DNA of 64,000 bases, taken from positions 1,867,538-1,931,537 of the forward strand of contig CAVNZM010000016.1 in NCBI GenBank assembly GCA_963693365.1, read 5' to 3'. Below are positions 1 through 15,199 of this stretch, one piece after another (positions within the stretch are counted from its first letter, which is position 1; every line of letters starts with the position of its first letter). A program made the position numbers and the translations under genes. Under the pieces are notes generated by a model. It saw only the letters and a program-made list of their open reading frames with translations. It was not told where the DNA came from and searched no databases. The stretch comes from Amoebidium appalachense. Its lineage: Eukaryota; Protista; Ichthyosporea.

Positions 1-1351
1 CGTGGGTGTGTGCATAAATGTGTTTGGTGTGACAACATGTACATGTGCTGGCGCTGTAGTCAGGCTAGGGTCTGCCATTGAACATTCTACAGGGACAGGG
101 AGACACGTACGTTCATGTGCAGCTTGTGTGGGTGGTGTATGCCCCGTGTATGATGAGACCTGCGAAGTCATGAGAAGCTTCCCCCCGGGGGCCGGGGGGG
201 GGGGGAGGGGGGGGGGGGGGGGCTCTCGGGCGTTCCGATTCGGCCGGGACGATTTTCGGAACTGTGTTTTCAAATATCGGAAATTCCGATTTTTTTTCGT
301 AACTTCGAACCCTGGGAAAGGCTTTTGGGGTGCTCCAGACTAATATAGCTTTTTATGGCAAATACGCGCTTCTAGTCCCAAAAAGAGCCTGTGACGTCAC
401 AGCATGTTTGCGTGGCGCTGTGACGTCATCGCAGTGATTCTCAGTGGGCAGCTATATCGTATTCAAATATCCAACCTAAACCCAGATTTCTAGATTTAAT
501 GTTAGTATTGACGGTTGATTGGATATTAAAATATTGTATTTCGCACCTGCTACCAATCATCGTGTGGTCGGATATGCCATAGATCACCATCGAGCCCCTG
601 AATCTTAAAAGAAAAGCGCCTCTTTGATAGCACATCTTTTCCAAATAAGGCAGGTGATTTGGGTTTCACTGTCCAAAATCTGGGTTTGGGATAGGAACTT
701 GAAGGGGGTGGGGGGGACGTCTTCCAAATTCCTAAACCCAAACCCAAATCTTCAGCGACAACAAGATGAAGTAAGAAAACGCCAAGAACTAAGTTGTTAA
801 GCATATTTCTGGTATAATTTCTCCCTAAAAATATTATCTTTCACGCAACATTAATATTTGTATGTTTTATAATGCTTTATTATAGTACATATTCTTTGTT
901 TCTTTTTAATACATAGGCGTGGTGCAAAGCGGCGGTCATGCCGCATGCGTGACATTTGGGTTTAAAATCTGGGTTTGGGTTTGGGTATTTGGGTACGGTA
1001 TAGCCGCCCACTTGCACGTGTACAACTAAGCACAACTCGCGGCACTTCTAGATCTGGAAAGAGGAGCCTGGGGAAAACATTATGATTATACGTTGTCACT
1101 GGCAATTTAGAGACAGATAAGTGAAGAAGCGGCTGTGGGGCTGCTGCGTTCTTCTTCCTTCTTCTTTTTGCTAGAATCCTGGTTCTCCTAGTTCGGCAGG
1201 TAAATACATTTGTTGGCAAGTCAAACACAGCAATCTTGATAGGTGCTGATGTTCTTTCGTCAGAGCATCATTAGCAACAATCCTTCCAGTCACCGTTACA
1301 TAAGTAAACGCATACGTTAAGAGTACTCTTAGGCACATTTCACATAGAAAA

Positions 1352-1627
1352 ATGGCCAACATTCGCGCGCGAAAGTCGAGGAGAAACAAGGTGGTTAACA
1401 CGACCGTGAATAAGAAGAGGGGCAACCAGAATAACCATTTTAGGAAGGTGGTAGTGACAAACCCAACGGTCGCCAAAGTCTGGGACAAGAAAAAGGTGAG
1501 AGTTTGGTGCCCAAATCATGGTAATATTGACTGTGGAACCGATATGGTTTTTATTCTGCTGTGATGGTTGTGTTGGAGCCCTTACCCCCGGTGGGTGGGA
1601 GGTCTCGATCGGTGTGCGTGTGCGTGT

Positions 1628-1658
<31 letters not shown>

Positions 1659-2611
1659 GGGGGGGGGGGGAGGGAGGGGTATACGTGTGTGTACGTGTGT
1701 GTGTATGTGTTTGTGTGTGCGTGCTTGGGTGCGCTGGTGGGTGCTTGCCTGGGTGCGTGTGTGCGTGCATGCGTGTGGGTGTGTGCTGAATGCGTGCTTG
1801 CCTGCATGCCTGCATGCGTGTAAGCCTGCCTGCGTGCAAGCATGCATGGCTGTACGTGTGTGTGTGTGTGTGTGTGTGTGCGTGCAAACTGAAGGTCATA
1901 TTTGGACCTGTATTCCTGTGTTCAGGTGTGCTTGTTTGACTAACTGGTTGCTTTGTACGGCTATGAATAACTCTGTGAATGTGTGCATCTGCTTTTGGCC
2001 AAACATCGCTGCTTTTTTTGATTGAGATGGTGAGGGGTTGCTGCTGTTAGTACCCGTCTCTCTGCCCTGGGTTGAATCTGCCAGGTTTGGGGAAGAAAGG
2101 GGAAAACAGAGGACCAAGGGTTTGGTGTGTGTATGTCTGTGTGTGTGTTGGGGGGGGAGGGGGGGAAGGGGGGGGGGGGGGGGGGGCTGAGGTGGGAGGA
2201 ACTGGAAGGAATGAAGTTCGTCGGTAGAGGGATATTTGGGGGAAGGGGGGGGGGGGGGGGGGAGAGGGGGGAGGGACCACCTGCCCCTTCCCCCCCTCCC
2301 CCCCCCCCCCTTCCCTTCCCCCGGCCTTCGTCCCCCCCCAGCTCATTATCGATTCGCACACCGTCGGCACACTCGCATATTGCCATACTTACAGGCAAAC
2401 ACACAACGACACATGCGGGTGCCCGTCCCTACCCCCCCCCCCCCCCCCCCCATCCCCCTCCCGCCTGACTTGGCCCCCCCTGGGGATGGGCTCTGCGTAT
2501 TTTGCATACTCTGCTCATGGCTGATGTTGCATACTTGAATGTTTGCCTTTGCCTGTGCCCTGCGCCATGCTTCTCATCGTGTATGTGTACTTCGTACCGT
2601 GTTCAGCATTC

Positions 2612-2645
<34 letters not shown>

Positions 2646-2693
2646 AGGAGCCTTCACTCCCATGCACACACACGTCACAAGGTTGCCTGACCC

Positions 2694-2767
<74 letters not shown>

Positions 2768-2875
2768 CCCCTTTGAATGGCATATTTCAAATGGTCCTGT
2801 GACGTTTTGTGACTTGTCTTTTTATTTTTCCACGTCGATAATTCATCAATGCATCCATCTCTCTCTCTCTCTCCC

Positions 2876-2911
<36 letters not shown>

Positions 2912-3136
2912 TAATGCACAAACCCCACTCCCACTCCCCGCATCCATCGGTTACTATCACCACATCTCTCCTTTAACTAAAACGCTCTTTTCGCCGTTCG
3001 TGCTGGTTATCTTTCGCACCCAGTTGCTTTGACGCCAAGCAATATTTCATTTTGTTTTTGTCTCCTGTTGCTACCGAAAAGTTTAAGGAAAACAATAGAT
3101 GTTACTAGGTGTGTGTGTGTGTGTATGTGTATTACC

Positions 3137-3226
<90 letters not shown>

Positions 3227-3509
3227 GTTGCGCACTTGTGTGCACATGCATGTGCATGTATGAAAATGTGTGTGGCGGCGGTGGCGGTGGTAGTCATAGT
3301 AATGGGGAGAGGGAGACCGGAGGCGGAGAGTGTGTGCATGGGTGTTTTTTTCTTTTTTTCTTTTTTGGGGGGGGGGGAGAGGGGGGGGGGGGGGGGAGGG
3401 GGAGGGTGATGTCTAGGGAGGGCGGGGGGGGGGGGGGGAGGGGAGGGCTCTGCTTTCTCATTCTTTGTCCTTTCCTTCCTTTCTTCTTTTCTTTTTCCGT
3501 TTTATTACA

Positions 3510-3544
<35 letters not shown>

Positions 3545-3999
3545 CAAAAAAAATAAAAAGTAAAAAATGAACACACATACACACTCCAACCCTCCCTTTA
3601 CCGTTTTTGCATGATAGTGGGCACTCGGGGGGGGGGGGGGGGGGGGGGGGGGGGTAAACGGTCGAGTTGCACAGCACCACCCTCTCTCCATCCATGCCCC
3701 CCAACCTTTACCACTTACACACAGGCACACAGGCATGCATGTGTGCATGCACAATCATAATACAGTGGGGATAATCGCTTTTGTACGCACTTGCACACAC
3801 ACTGCCGTTTTTCCGCGCCCCCCCTGGGGGGGGGGGGGGGGGGGGGGGGGGAGGCAAGTGCACACCCACCATTTTAGCACACACACATGCGTTACTATAC
3901 GTCTTGAGCATGAGGAAACACACATGCACGCTTCAGCACGCGAACACGCATGCGCGTCCTCACGCAACACACACAGGCACACACACACACACAAACACA

Positions 4000-4032
<33 letters not shown>

Positions 4033-5111
4033 CGATGTATCTACCCACACACACGCACGCACACACGCACACACTCGCATCGTTGCATCTTCCCCGCTCG
4101 TTACCCACTCACACACACTTACACTCACAAAGACACGCTCACCAACACTCACACCCGCCCTTTTACAAACACACACACCCGTACACATTCGTACGCACAC
4201 GCAGATACGTGCACGTTTACCACCATGTGTCTTTCTCGTTGAAAATAATTGTCCGTCTTGTGTTTTCGACACGTCGTGAGGTTCCAAAACTTCCCGGTGT
4301 GTATGGGCATTGCATTTCGTTCGTGTGCATATGTGTGTGGGTTCGATCCTCTGCCTTCCCCGTGAGTTTTTTCTTTCTTTCTTTGTCAGCGCCTGGCCGG
4401 TGATGTCTATAAATTTATTATGCTTAACCGCGGAATTTGCAGTGTCGAAAAACAAAGGACTGAGGCTCTTTTTTTTACCTGTTTTTCAATTTCTTCTTTT
4501 TTTTCTTCTGTCTTGTCCTTCTTTCTTTCTTTCTTTTTTTTTTTTTTTTTTTTTCTTTTTTTTTTCCCCCTTCTGTGCTTGCGTTTTTGTTCAATGTAAA
4601 AAATCGTGTTGTTTATTCCTGCTTCCGCACTTGCCAGGCCCATTATGCTCTTGAAATTACTTCTCGCCTCGCCTTTGCTCCTTTACGTAAACGTCTCGTC
4701 ACCAGCCCCCCCCTCCCCCCCCCCCCCCCCCCCCCCTCCCTCCCTCCGGCTTTGCTTAAACAAGCATATTTTTGTGTGGTTTGCACTCTCCATTGTATTG
4801 TTGTTGTAAATGTGTACTTCGAACTCTATAACACATTCTAACCCCCCTCCCCCCCCCTCCCCCCCCCTCCCCCCCCCCCCCCCCCCCCCCCTGTCACTCC
4901 CGTGCCCTTCCATGCACAGTCTATCTGGCACAACTATGAGAAACTGGGTCTTGTAGCGGACCCAAACAAGGGGGCAGCCAAAAAGCCAAAACCTTTGTCA
5001 CAGTCTGCCGAACCCCCCCAACCTGTGGATATTGATGCTCCTGTGGTGGTGGAGACGAGGGAGCCTACACCGTTGGTGAAGGGTGAGTGTGGTGTTGGTG
5101 GTTGTGGGGGC

Positions 5112-5144
<33 letters not shown>

Positions 5145-5257
5145 TTCCCCGTGGCGGGTGGTGTTGTTTGGTGGTGGTGGTGGTGGTGGTGGTTGGGGGG
5201 GGGGGGAGAGGGGGGGTTGGGGGGGGGGATGGTGGGAGAGTGGGAGAGTGTGCTCAT

Positions 5258-5305
<48 letters not shown>

Positions 5306-5327
5306 CCTCTCTATCTTTCTTGCTTGT

Positions 5328-5361
<34 letters not shown>

Positions 5362-6009
5362 GGGGGGGACGGGGAAGGGGAGGGGAGGAGACGAGCGGGG
5401 AAAATTAGGCTTGTGTAAGGGTGATACCTTCGGGATGATGTGGGTTTGTGGGTTGTAGGGGGTTTGGGGGGGGAGGGGGGGGGGGGGGGACATAAGGGGA
5501 ATGGGGTAAAATTGTGAGGGAACTGGGGGGGGGGGGGGGGGGGGGGGGGTACATATGTAGCATATGAGCAAATGGCCTTGGCTTGTGTACCACCAATGAC
5601 ATAGTGAGTATCTGGTATCCCACCCGGCCGTGCGTGTGTGTGTGTGCGCGCGCGTACACACACACACACACACATGGAGCACGCTTATGCCCAAGAGCCC
5701 TCCTCCCGCCCCCTCCCCCCACCCCCTCCCCCCCGGGGCCGCCGCTACCGCGCGTCCGTTTTATTGTTGTGTCGTCTAAATTTATTTTCCGTTTTACTAA
5801 TAACTATTAATTAATTCATCCTTTTTCTTCCAGAGCTTGAGGAGGTAGCCAAGCAAGAGTACAAGAAGCCGCAGTACATTCCAGAAGGGGAGGCGGAGCT
5901 GGTGCGAAAACTCATCAAGAAGCACGGCACAGACTACAAGGTGTGTGGTGTATGTGCGATGGTTTTGGCGTGGTTTCTTTTCGTATTTGTAATGTTCTTT
6001 AGGATTAAA

Positions 6010-6083
<74 letters not shown>

Positions 6084-6528
6084 TGTTTTATGTTGTGTGA
6101 GTTTGTGGGTGGGTGTTGTTGGGGGGGGGGGGGGGGGGGGAGGGGGAGGGGGAGGGGGTTGTTGTCGCTGTTGTTTACTTGTCGTGGCTGTACGGAGGAG
6201 TGTTGAAGTAGAGGGGGAAGGTGTGTGCTGAAAGAGTGTGTGTGTGTTGTTTTTTTGTTTGTTTGTTTTGTTTGTTTTTTTTTTGCGCGCGGGGGGGGGG
6301 GGGGCACAAGTGTTTGTGGCTTAGGTTTTGGTATGCATCGTTGGTGTTTGATATTTGATCCTCTTGTGTGTCGCAATAAATACTCATTTATGCCACTTTT
6401 TACAGGCAATGTCGCGAGACATCAAGCTTAACACGTACCAGCACACGGCCAAGCAACTAAAGAAGAAATGCGAGAATTTCCTGGCTGCGTTAGCAGAGGT
6501 GTCTGGCGATGAGCAGATGAGTGACTAG
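1352..6528 (+). CDS. NOP16: Nucleolar ribosome-biogenesis protein Nop16; exons 1352-1495, 4920-5082, 5834-5940, 6406-6528
   Basis: All introns are GT-AG with matching phases (0,1,0). The joined protein has Nop16 family motifs: VWDKKK/SIWHNYEKLGL..DPN and LIKKHGTDYKAMSRDIKLNTYQHTAKQL. Confidence 0.92.
2466..2613 (+). mobile_element. Short 3'-end copy of the poly(C)-terminated retroposon-like family, in NOP16 intron 1
   Basis: Shares GGCCCCCCCTG.GGATGGGCTCTGC ... GTGTACTTCGTAC ... CATTCAA-(C)n with 15860-15984. Poly-C lies on both sides. Confidence 0.75.
4748..4841 (+). mobile_element. Very short, diverged 3'-end copy of the poly(C)-terminated family
   Basis: GGCTTTGCTTA ... GTGTACTTCGAAC ... 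CATTCTAA-(C)n, embedded between two poly-C runs. Confidence 0.55.
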
Positions 6529-6917
6529 ATGCTTGTTAACAATAGTAGTTATGTTTTTAGGACGACTGTTTCGGTATGTTATCACTGTGCTTCACTGGTG
6601 AGGCCTCCATTCTTGGTAGGCCAAATAGTAGAGTCCCCTTTCTTCAATATATGTTCTGCACTTTTTGGCCGATGTTACAAGGTTCTTGCAGTGTACTAGA
6701 CATGCACCTTTTGTTGCATTTGTGCTCGAGACATGAAATGTGTACGTCTTATAGATCTACCGGTTACAATAGTTATTTTTCGATTTTCACAGTGACCTCG
6801 GGATGCTCATTGGTTTGATGTTTCTGCTCTTTTGGCTTAGTAAGCTTCAGGTGCTACACTTCGGTGGATGGTTGTTTACAAGGGTTTACCGTGTGTGTGT
6901 GTGTGTGTGTGTAATAA

Positions 6918-6949
<32 letters not shown>

Positions 6950-7485
6950 AGAAGCTCGTCAATATTCTGGGGCGCTTAGGTTGAACAACATGGATGTTCC
7001 TTACAGAGACACAGTGCTGAGAATTTATTTTCCCGCTTTATTTTATGCGTCAGCCAATCAAATGGTGCCACGGCAACAAATTTACATTCCGCGAATCGAA
7101 ATGTCTATTCGATCAGTCGGTGTCGACTCGGAGTCGGTCTTTGGAATTGCAGCTTGTGTTGTATACAAAGAAATTCTGTGACTGTTTTTTTCTCTTGACA
7201 TTAGCTTTTCCATATCAATTTGGCTTTTTTTTTTGTTGCATAATACTAAGCAAAATGCGACATAATCTTACACGGCGTAGCTTTCACTAAAAAATTCCAT
7301 TCCCATGCATAGAGCTTTGCGCCAATCACGTTCTTCCACGTACATAGCAACTTCCAAATTCCACGTATAAAATGACTTCACACCACCGGCGTGCCTCAGT
7401 ATTCCAAACTTTGAACGTGACCCACATTTCTTTCCTTTCACAACTGCATCCCTTTCCGTGGGCCCCTCCCACCACATCTCTGAAA

Positions 7486-7680
7486 ATGGTTGCCACTCCT
7501 CGTATGCGCAAGGCTGCTGAGAAGCACTCCAAGAACATAGAACGCCGTGGCCAGGTCGTCACCAAGAAAGAGGAATCAAGCAAGTCCCCCCTCACCCCGG
7601 CATTGTTCGGCTTCCTGGTCTTCGTTGTCGTTGGGTCATCCATCGCCACCACGTTCCAGTTCATGTGGTCAACCAACTAA
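7486..7680 (+). CDS. SERP1: Stress-associated ER protein SERP1/RAMP4 (64 aa, tail-anchored), intronless
   Basis: MVATPRMRKAAEKHSKNIERRGQV...SPLTPALFGFLVFVVVGSSI..FQ matches the RAMP4 family pattern and size. Confidence 0.92.
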   Translation: MVATPRMRKAAEKHSKNIERRGQVVTKKEESSKSPLTPALFGFLVFVVVGSSIATTFQFMWSTN

Positions 7681-8828
7681 ACCTATCTGCAGAGAATGCT
7701 GCAGCTACGCGAGAGTAGTTGAGCCGTAAGGAACAGACGAATGTTGCTGCGTCATTTCTGCGCTCTACACCAAACCGTTTGAACGTTTCAGTGAACTTCA
7801 AAACGACACACCTGAAGGCTACTTCGTAAATCAAACGAAAATGCTTGACTCAGCCGTATTTGCAGGCAGCTTCGTCGTTTTTTCTGAAACGGTGAGATTC
7901 TATCACTATTCGAACGTATGTGACATATAAGGGTGGAGCAACGAATGTTGTGAGCTGGCCTCCCCCAAATATAGTATATAGATGAAACACATGTTACAGC
8001 TGCAGGGTTCCTCATGACATTGCATTTCTTGCCCTTTAGGCGTGAGCTTTAACCATACCCCTCTTCATCCAGGCTGGCTACACCAGATTTTGGTTTTGTC
8101 GTAGCTCAAGCAAGAGGAACTCCTGCAGACTCAGTCATTCAGCTACACACATCACAGTACTTGCCTGGAAGCACTTGCTTGGAGTTCGTCTCTGGCCACG
8201 TATTGGCTTCTCTTCACTCTTACACCGTTTCCCGTTCTCTAATCTTTTTTTCTGATCGTAATTCCGTGATTCCCACCTATCACCCTCCCCCCACCCCCCT
8301 TTCCCCCCACCCTCACCCTTCCCCCCTAACGGTATATGATAAAACAACGACGACACGTCTTGTATTTCTTTTATCAGACTCTATCCTATCTGTGCGCTCT
8401 CTGTCCTCACAGCCATTCACACAGATACCTGAGGATGCATAGTCGGTGGTGTTCGTGGTGTGTGTAGGGAAGGGGGGGGGGGGGGCTTCCCTTATTCTGG
8501 TATTCAGGGGGGGGGGGGTCCCTTATTCTGGTATTCCTCTACTTTTCTGCATGATTTCATCGTGACTGCTTTGCGTCACGCTCTCGGGCCCTCCTCCAGG
8601 CGCCCCACCCACCCCCCAACCCCCTCTCCCCCTTCCCCCCCGGGTGCCGCCGAGGCAGCCGTTTCCCTAGAAGCTCCTTCCATTCTCTTTTGTTTCCGCT
8701 TCTTGATTGCTTATAAAAGAGTGGATCCCTCCCCCTCCAACCACCACCACCAAGTAGCTATCATTATCCAGGCTGAAGTGGCCGAATTAGAGCAAGTGCA
8801 CACCGCCTCGTACAAGTGTGGTGGGAAA

Positions 8829-8877
<49 letters not shown>

Positions 8878-9149
8878 CGCGAGTGTCACGGTTTTGTGCT
8901 TGTGTGTGTGTGTGTATGTGTTAGTGTTTTTCTTGATGTGCCGACTGTGTGCGCCACAAGTGTGTGTGTGTGTATGCATGCGTGTGTGCTGTACATGCGC
9001 TCGCGGGTGTGAGCATGTGTGTTTGCGTAGGTGGGAGAGTGGGTTGGCTTGTGTGTGTGCATGTTTGTGGTGTGCCATGTGTGTATACGTATGTGTGGGT
9101 GAGTAGGTGGGTAGGTCGGTGTGTGTGTGCATGTGTGCGTGTGTATGGT

Positions 9150-9235
<86 letters not shown>

Positions 9236-9669
9236 CGTGTGTGTGTGTGTGGGTGCGTGTGTGTGCGCATCTGTGAATGTGTGTGCATGTGCGTGTGCGT
9301 GCTGTGTGTGTGTGTGTATGTATGTATGTGTTTGGGTGTCGGGTGTGTATATTATGTGTGCGGCATTTGGGTAGGATTTGGGTGTGTGTGTGTGTTAATG
9401 TTAGTTCAGATGTGTGTATGTGAGCGACGGCGTACATTACCTTTGCCTGCAAGTTGTTTATAAAGTTTCTTTTTTTTTTTTTTTTTTTTTTTTTCGAGCG
9501 GGGGGGAGGGGGGGGGGGGGAAAGAGAAAGAAAGAGAGAGGAAGGTGGGGGGGGGGGGGGGGGGGGGGGGGGTGTCAAGTTTAACTGGATGAGTGAAGGC
9601 GTGTTATGGTGTGCGTGATGCACGTACGTCGTGGCGGTGGTGGCGTTGGTGGTGGTGTGTGTGTGGCCT

Positions 9670-9709
<40 letters not shown>

Positions 9710-9983
9710 GGGGGGGTAGGTGGAGGACTAAGGGATGTGGGCATTGTGAACGGAGCAGTGGGGGGGTGATGATACCGGGTAATTTTGGAGGAAGGTGGTG
9801 TATACAAACGGGGGAATTCGAAGGGATGAGGTCGTATGCCATGATACAGAAGCACTGTTATAAACATAGGCGATAAACAGAAAATTTATGCCGACTCTAA
9901 GGAATTCTTTGTTTCGAAATGGGTGAGGGGGTATACTATAGAAGTAACTTTGGTGGGTGGGTGGACTTCCACCCGGCCCTGTC

Positions 9984-10022
<39 letters not shown>

Positions 10023-10099
10023 CTCCCCCCCTGCCCTGGGGGAAACCGTCTCCAGTCTCCGCACCACGCGCACACACTAAATACTAATAAAAACGCACC

Positions 10100-12339
<2,240 letters not shown>

Positions 12340-12352
12340 CGCTGTGTGTGTG

Positions 12353-12387
<35 letters not shown>

Positions 12388-12407
12388 ACGGTGACTCTGT
12401 GTGTGTG

Positions 12408-12820
12408 CCGGGAGTGACTGAATTTAAGATCATATTGGTACTTTGAAAATAGGTTCTATCCCGGTGTCTTAATATTCCGGGCTCTATAGCCCATGGTCTG
12501 AGTCCCTGCCCGGGGGGGCCCGGAGGGGGGGGGAGGGGGAGAGGGGGGGGGGGGGGGGAAGGGGGGGGGGGGGGGGGAGAGGGGAGGGGGGGGGGAGGGG
12601 GGGGGGGGGGAGGGGGCTGGGGGCCGAAGCAGGAAAGAACGGCGGGGTTGGGCCCTGGGCGCGAGGAGGGGGGGGGGGGGGGGGGGGGGGGGAAGGGGGA
12701 CATGATCAGTCAACTTTTTGAAAAATCCGTATTATGATAGAGTCTATTCTCTTTATTTTCTAAACTATGATAGCATCGTTCACCTTAATTTCAAATTATC
12801 TTAATATTAGTCACCCCCTG
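12408..12820. mobile_element. hAT-like MITE inserted in a (TG)n tract, with an internal poly-G expansion
   Basis: Imperfect TIRs: CCGGGAGTGACTGAATTTAAGAT versus reverse complement of the right end CAGGGGGTGACTAATATTAAGAT. Flanks TGTGTGTG / CGTGTGTG. Confidence 0.5.
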
Positions 12821-12859
12821 CGTGTGTGTGTGTGTGCGTGTGCGTGTGTGTCAGCGTGC

Positions 12860-12890
<31 letters not shown>

Positions 12891-12971
12891 TGTGTGACTC
12901 TGTGTGTGTGGTGTACAGTGTGCGTGCGTGTGTGCGTGTGTACATGTGTGTGCGCGCGCACACAGTGTGTG

Positions 12972-13090
<119 letters not shown>

Positions 13091-13498
13091 TGTGCTTCAA
13101 GTTCGACGTGTATGTATGTGTCGGTCTTCTGTAAGTAAACTTATTGTCCCGACTCTCCATACATGTGCACTATCGGATGGCAACAGGTCAAAGAATTTGT
13201 ACTTTTAAACTTCAAGGTATTGTTCTCAGTTAATTTAAATTTGCCAAAAGGGGAGGGGGGGGGGGGGGGGGGGGGGGGGGGAGGACAAAAGACTCTGGAT
13301 GTGTAATAGACTGAGGGAGGGAAGAGGGAAGGATGGGGGGATATAAGGGAGGGACGTATGGAGGGAAGAAGTGAGGGAGGGAAGGAGGGTGGGTGGGTGG
13401 GGGTGGGGAGAGAGCCTCGGAGCGGAGACGGAGAGAGGGAGAGCGAGAGCCTCGGGGGGGGGGGGGGGGGGGGGGGGGGGAGAGGAGGCGGGAGAGAG

Positions 13499-13568
<70 letters not shown>

Positions 13569-13654
13569 GGAGGGAGGGAGGGAGGGAGGGAGAGAGAGAG
13601 GGGGGGATCCGGAGGGGGCCCGGGGGGACAGGGAGAGAGGGGGGAGGGGAGAGA

Positions 13655-13685
<31 letters not shown>

Positions 13686-13692
13686 CCTCGGA

Positions 13693-13786
<94 letters not shown>

Positions 13787-13821
13787 GGGAGCGAGAGAGA
13801 GGGACTCAGGGAGGCACAGGG

Positions 13822-13869
<48 letters not shown>

Positions 13870-14067
13870 GATGTGGAATCAATGGTCTCAATCTTTCAGA
13901 GACTGGGAAATCGGAGTCGTCAGTGGGGAGCTTGGGGTTGGACATGGAAATATATATAGGGGTGGGTTGTGGACTGGTGTGGTAAGTGGTTGCGGACTAA
14001 TATGTGCGCTAGTGTGTGTGTGTGTGTGTGTGTGGCATGTGTATGTGTGTGTGTGTGTGTGTGTGTG

Positions 14068-14112
<45 letters not shown>

Positions 14113-14832
14113 TGTGTGTGCATGTGTGTGTGTGTGGGTGTGGGTGTGCGTGTGTGTCTGTGTGTGTGTGTGTTGATAATTCGCACAGATCTATTCGGAC
14201 ACTTTTGTCCTAATTAACCTATTTTTAGACGATCGCGCTATTTCTAGCGCAGTTGCATAGTAACCAGGCCTCAAAAAGGTGAAAAACGTGAAATTCACGT
14301 CATTTCGACATAGTAACATATATAACATATAGGGTCTCCGACGCCATCTCTTGGGCGCATTTGGTCATCGAAATTGGCGACCTTCTAAGAAAACACGTGG
14401 TTTTTCCGCTAAATTTTAATTTAAACTAAAATAACTTTCGTTGTGTGTTTCTGGAGCGGCTAAGACCACTATGTGCTGCTAGCTAGAGATATAGGCTAAC
14501 GCATGCAAAAAACCCGACCACCTAATCTTAATTCTGAGGCAACCTACCTAAGGTCCAACTTAGGGCACTTTTATCGAGAAAACCTTAGCCACACTGTCCC
14601 TGTTACCACCCGTTCTACTTCTAAGACCTTGTTAACGACTTTTCTTCAATTTTCTGGCTAGTTAATGAGGAAAGTAAGTACAAAAGGTTTTAAACGTGGT
14701 TCTTCTTTACACTTGTTGCTACTAGTTCCAGTCCCTTCTATTATAGAAGACAAAATAAAGGAAGCTTATACCCCACGAAAGGTATGCTCGAGATCACAAA
14801 CCCAAAGCAGTCTGCAAAGTCTGCAACTTTAC

Positions 14833-14879
<47 letters not shown>

Positions 14880-14928
14880 ACCTCCTTCTCTCTCTCTCCT
14901 CTCTCCCCCCCCCTCTCTCCCTCTCTCC

Positions 14929-15038
<110 letters not shown>

Positions 15039-15043
15039 TTCCT

Positions 15044-15079
<36 letters not shown>

Positions 15080-15140
15080 GCGCCTGTTGTTTTGCTTGTC
15101 ATTTGTTGTTCTGGTTGATTACCTGTAATCTTCGCTTATT

Positions 15141-15175
<35 letters not shown>

Positions 15176-15199
15176 TGTGCGGGGTTGCACATACCGGTG

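Noticed and set aside
958-994. Telomeric repeat (TTTGGG)n
   Set aside because: Only 3-4 imperfect units, part of a dispersed inverted motif.
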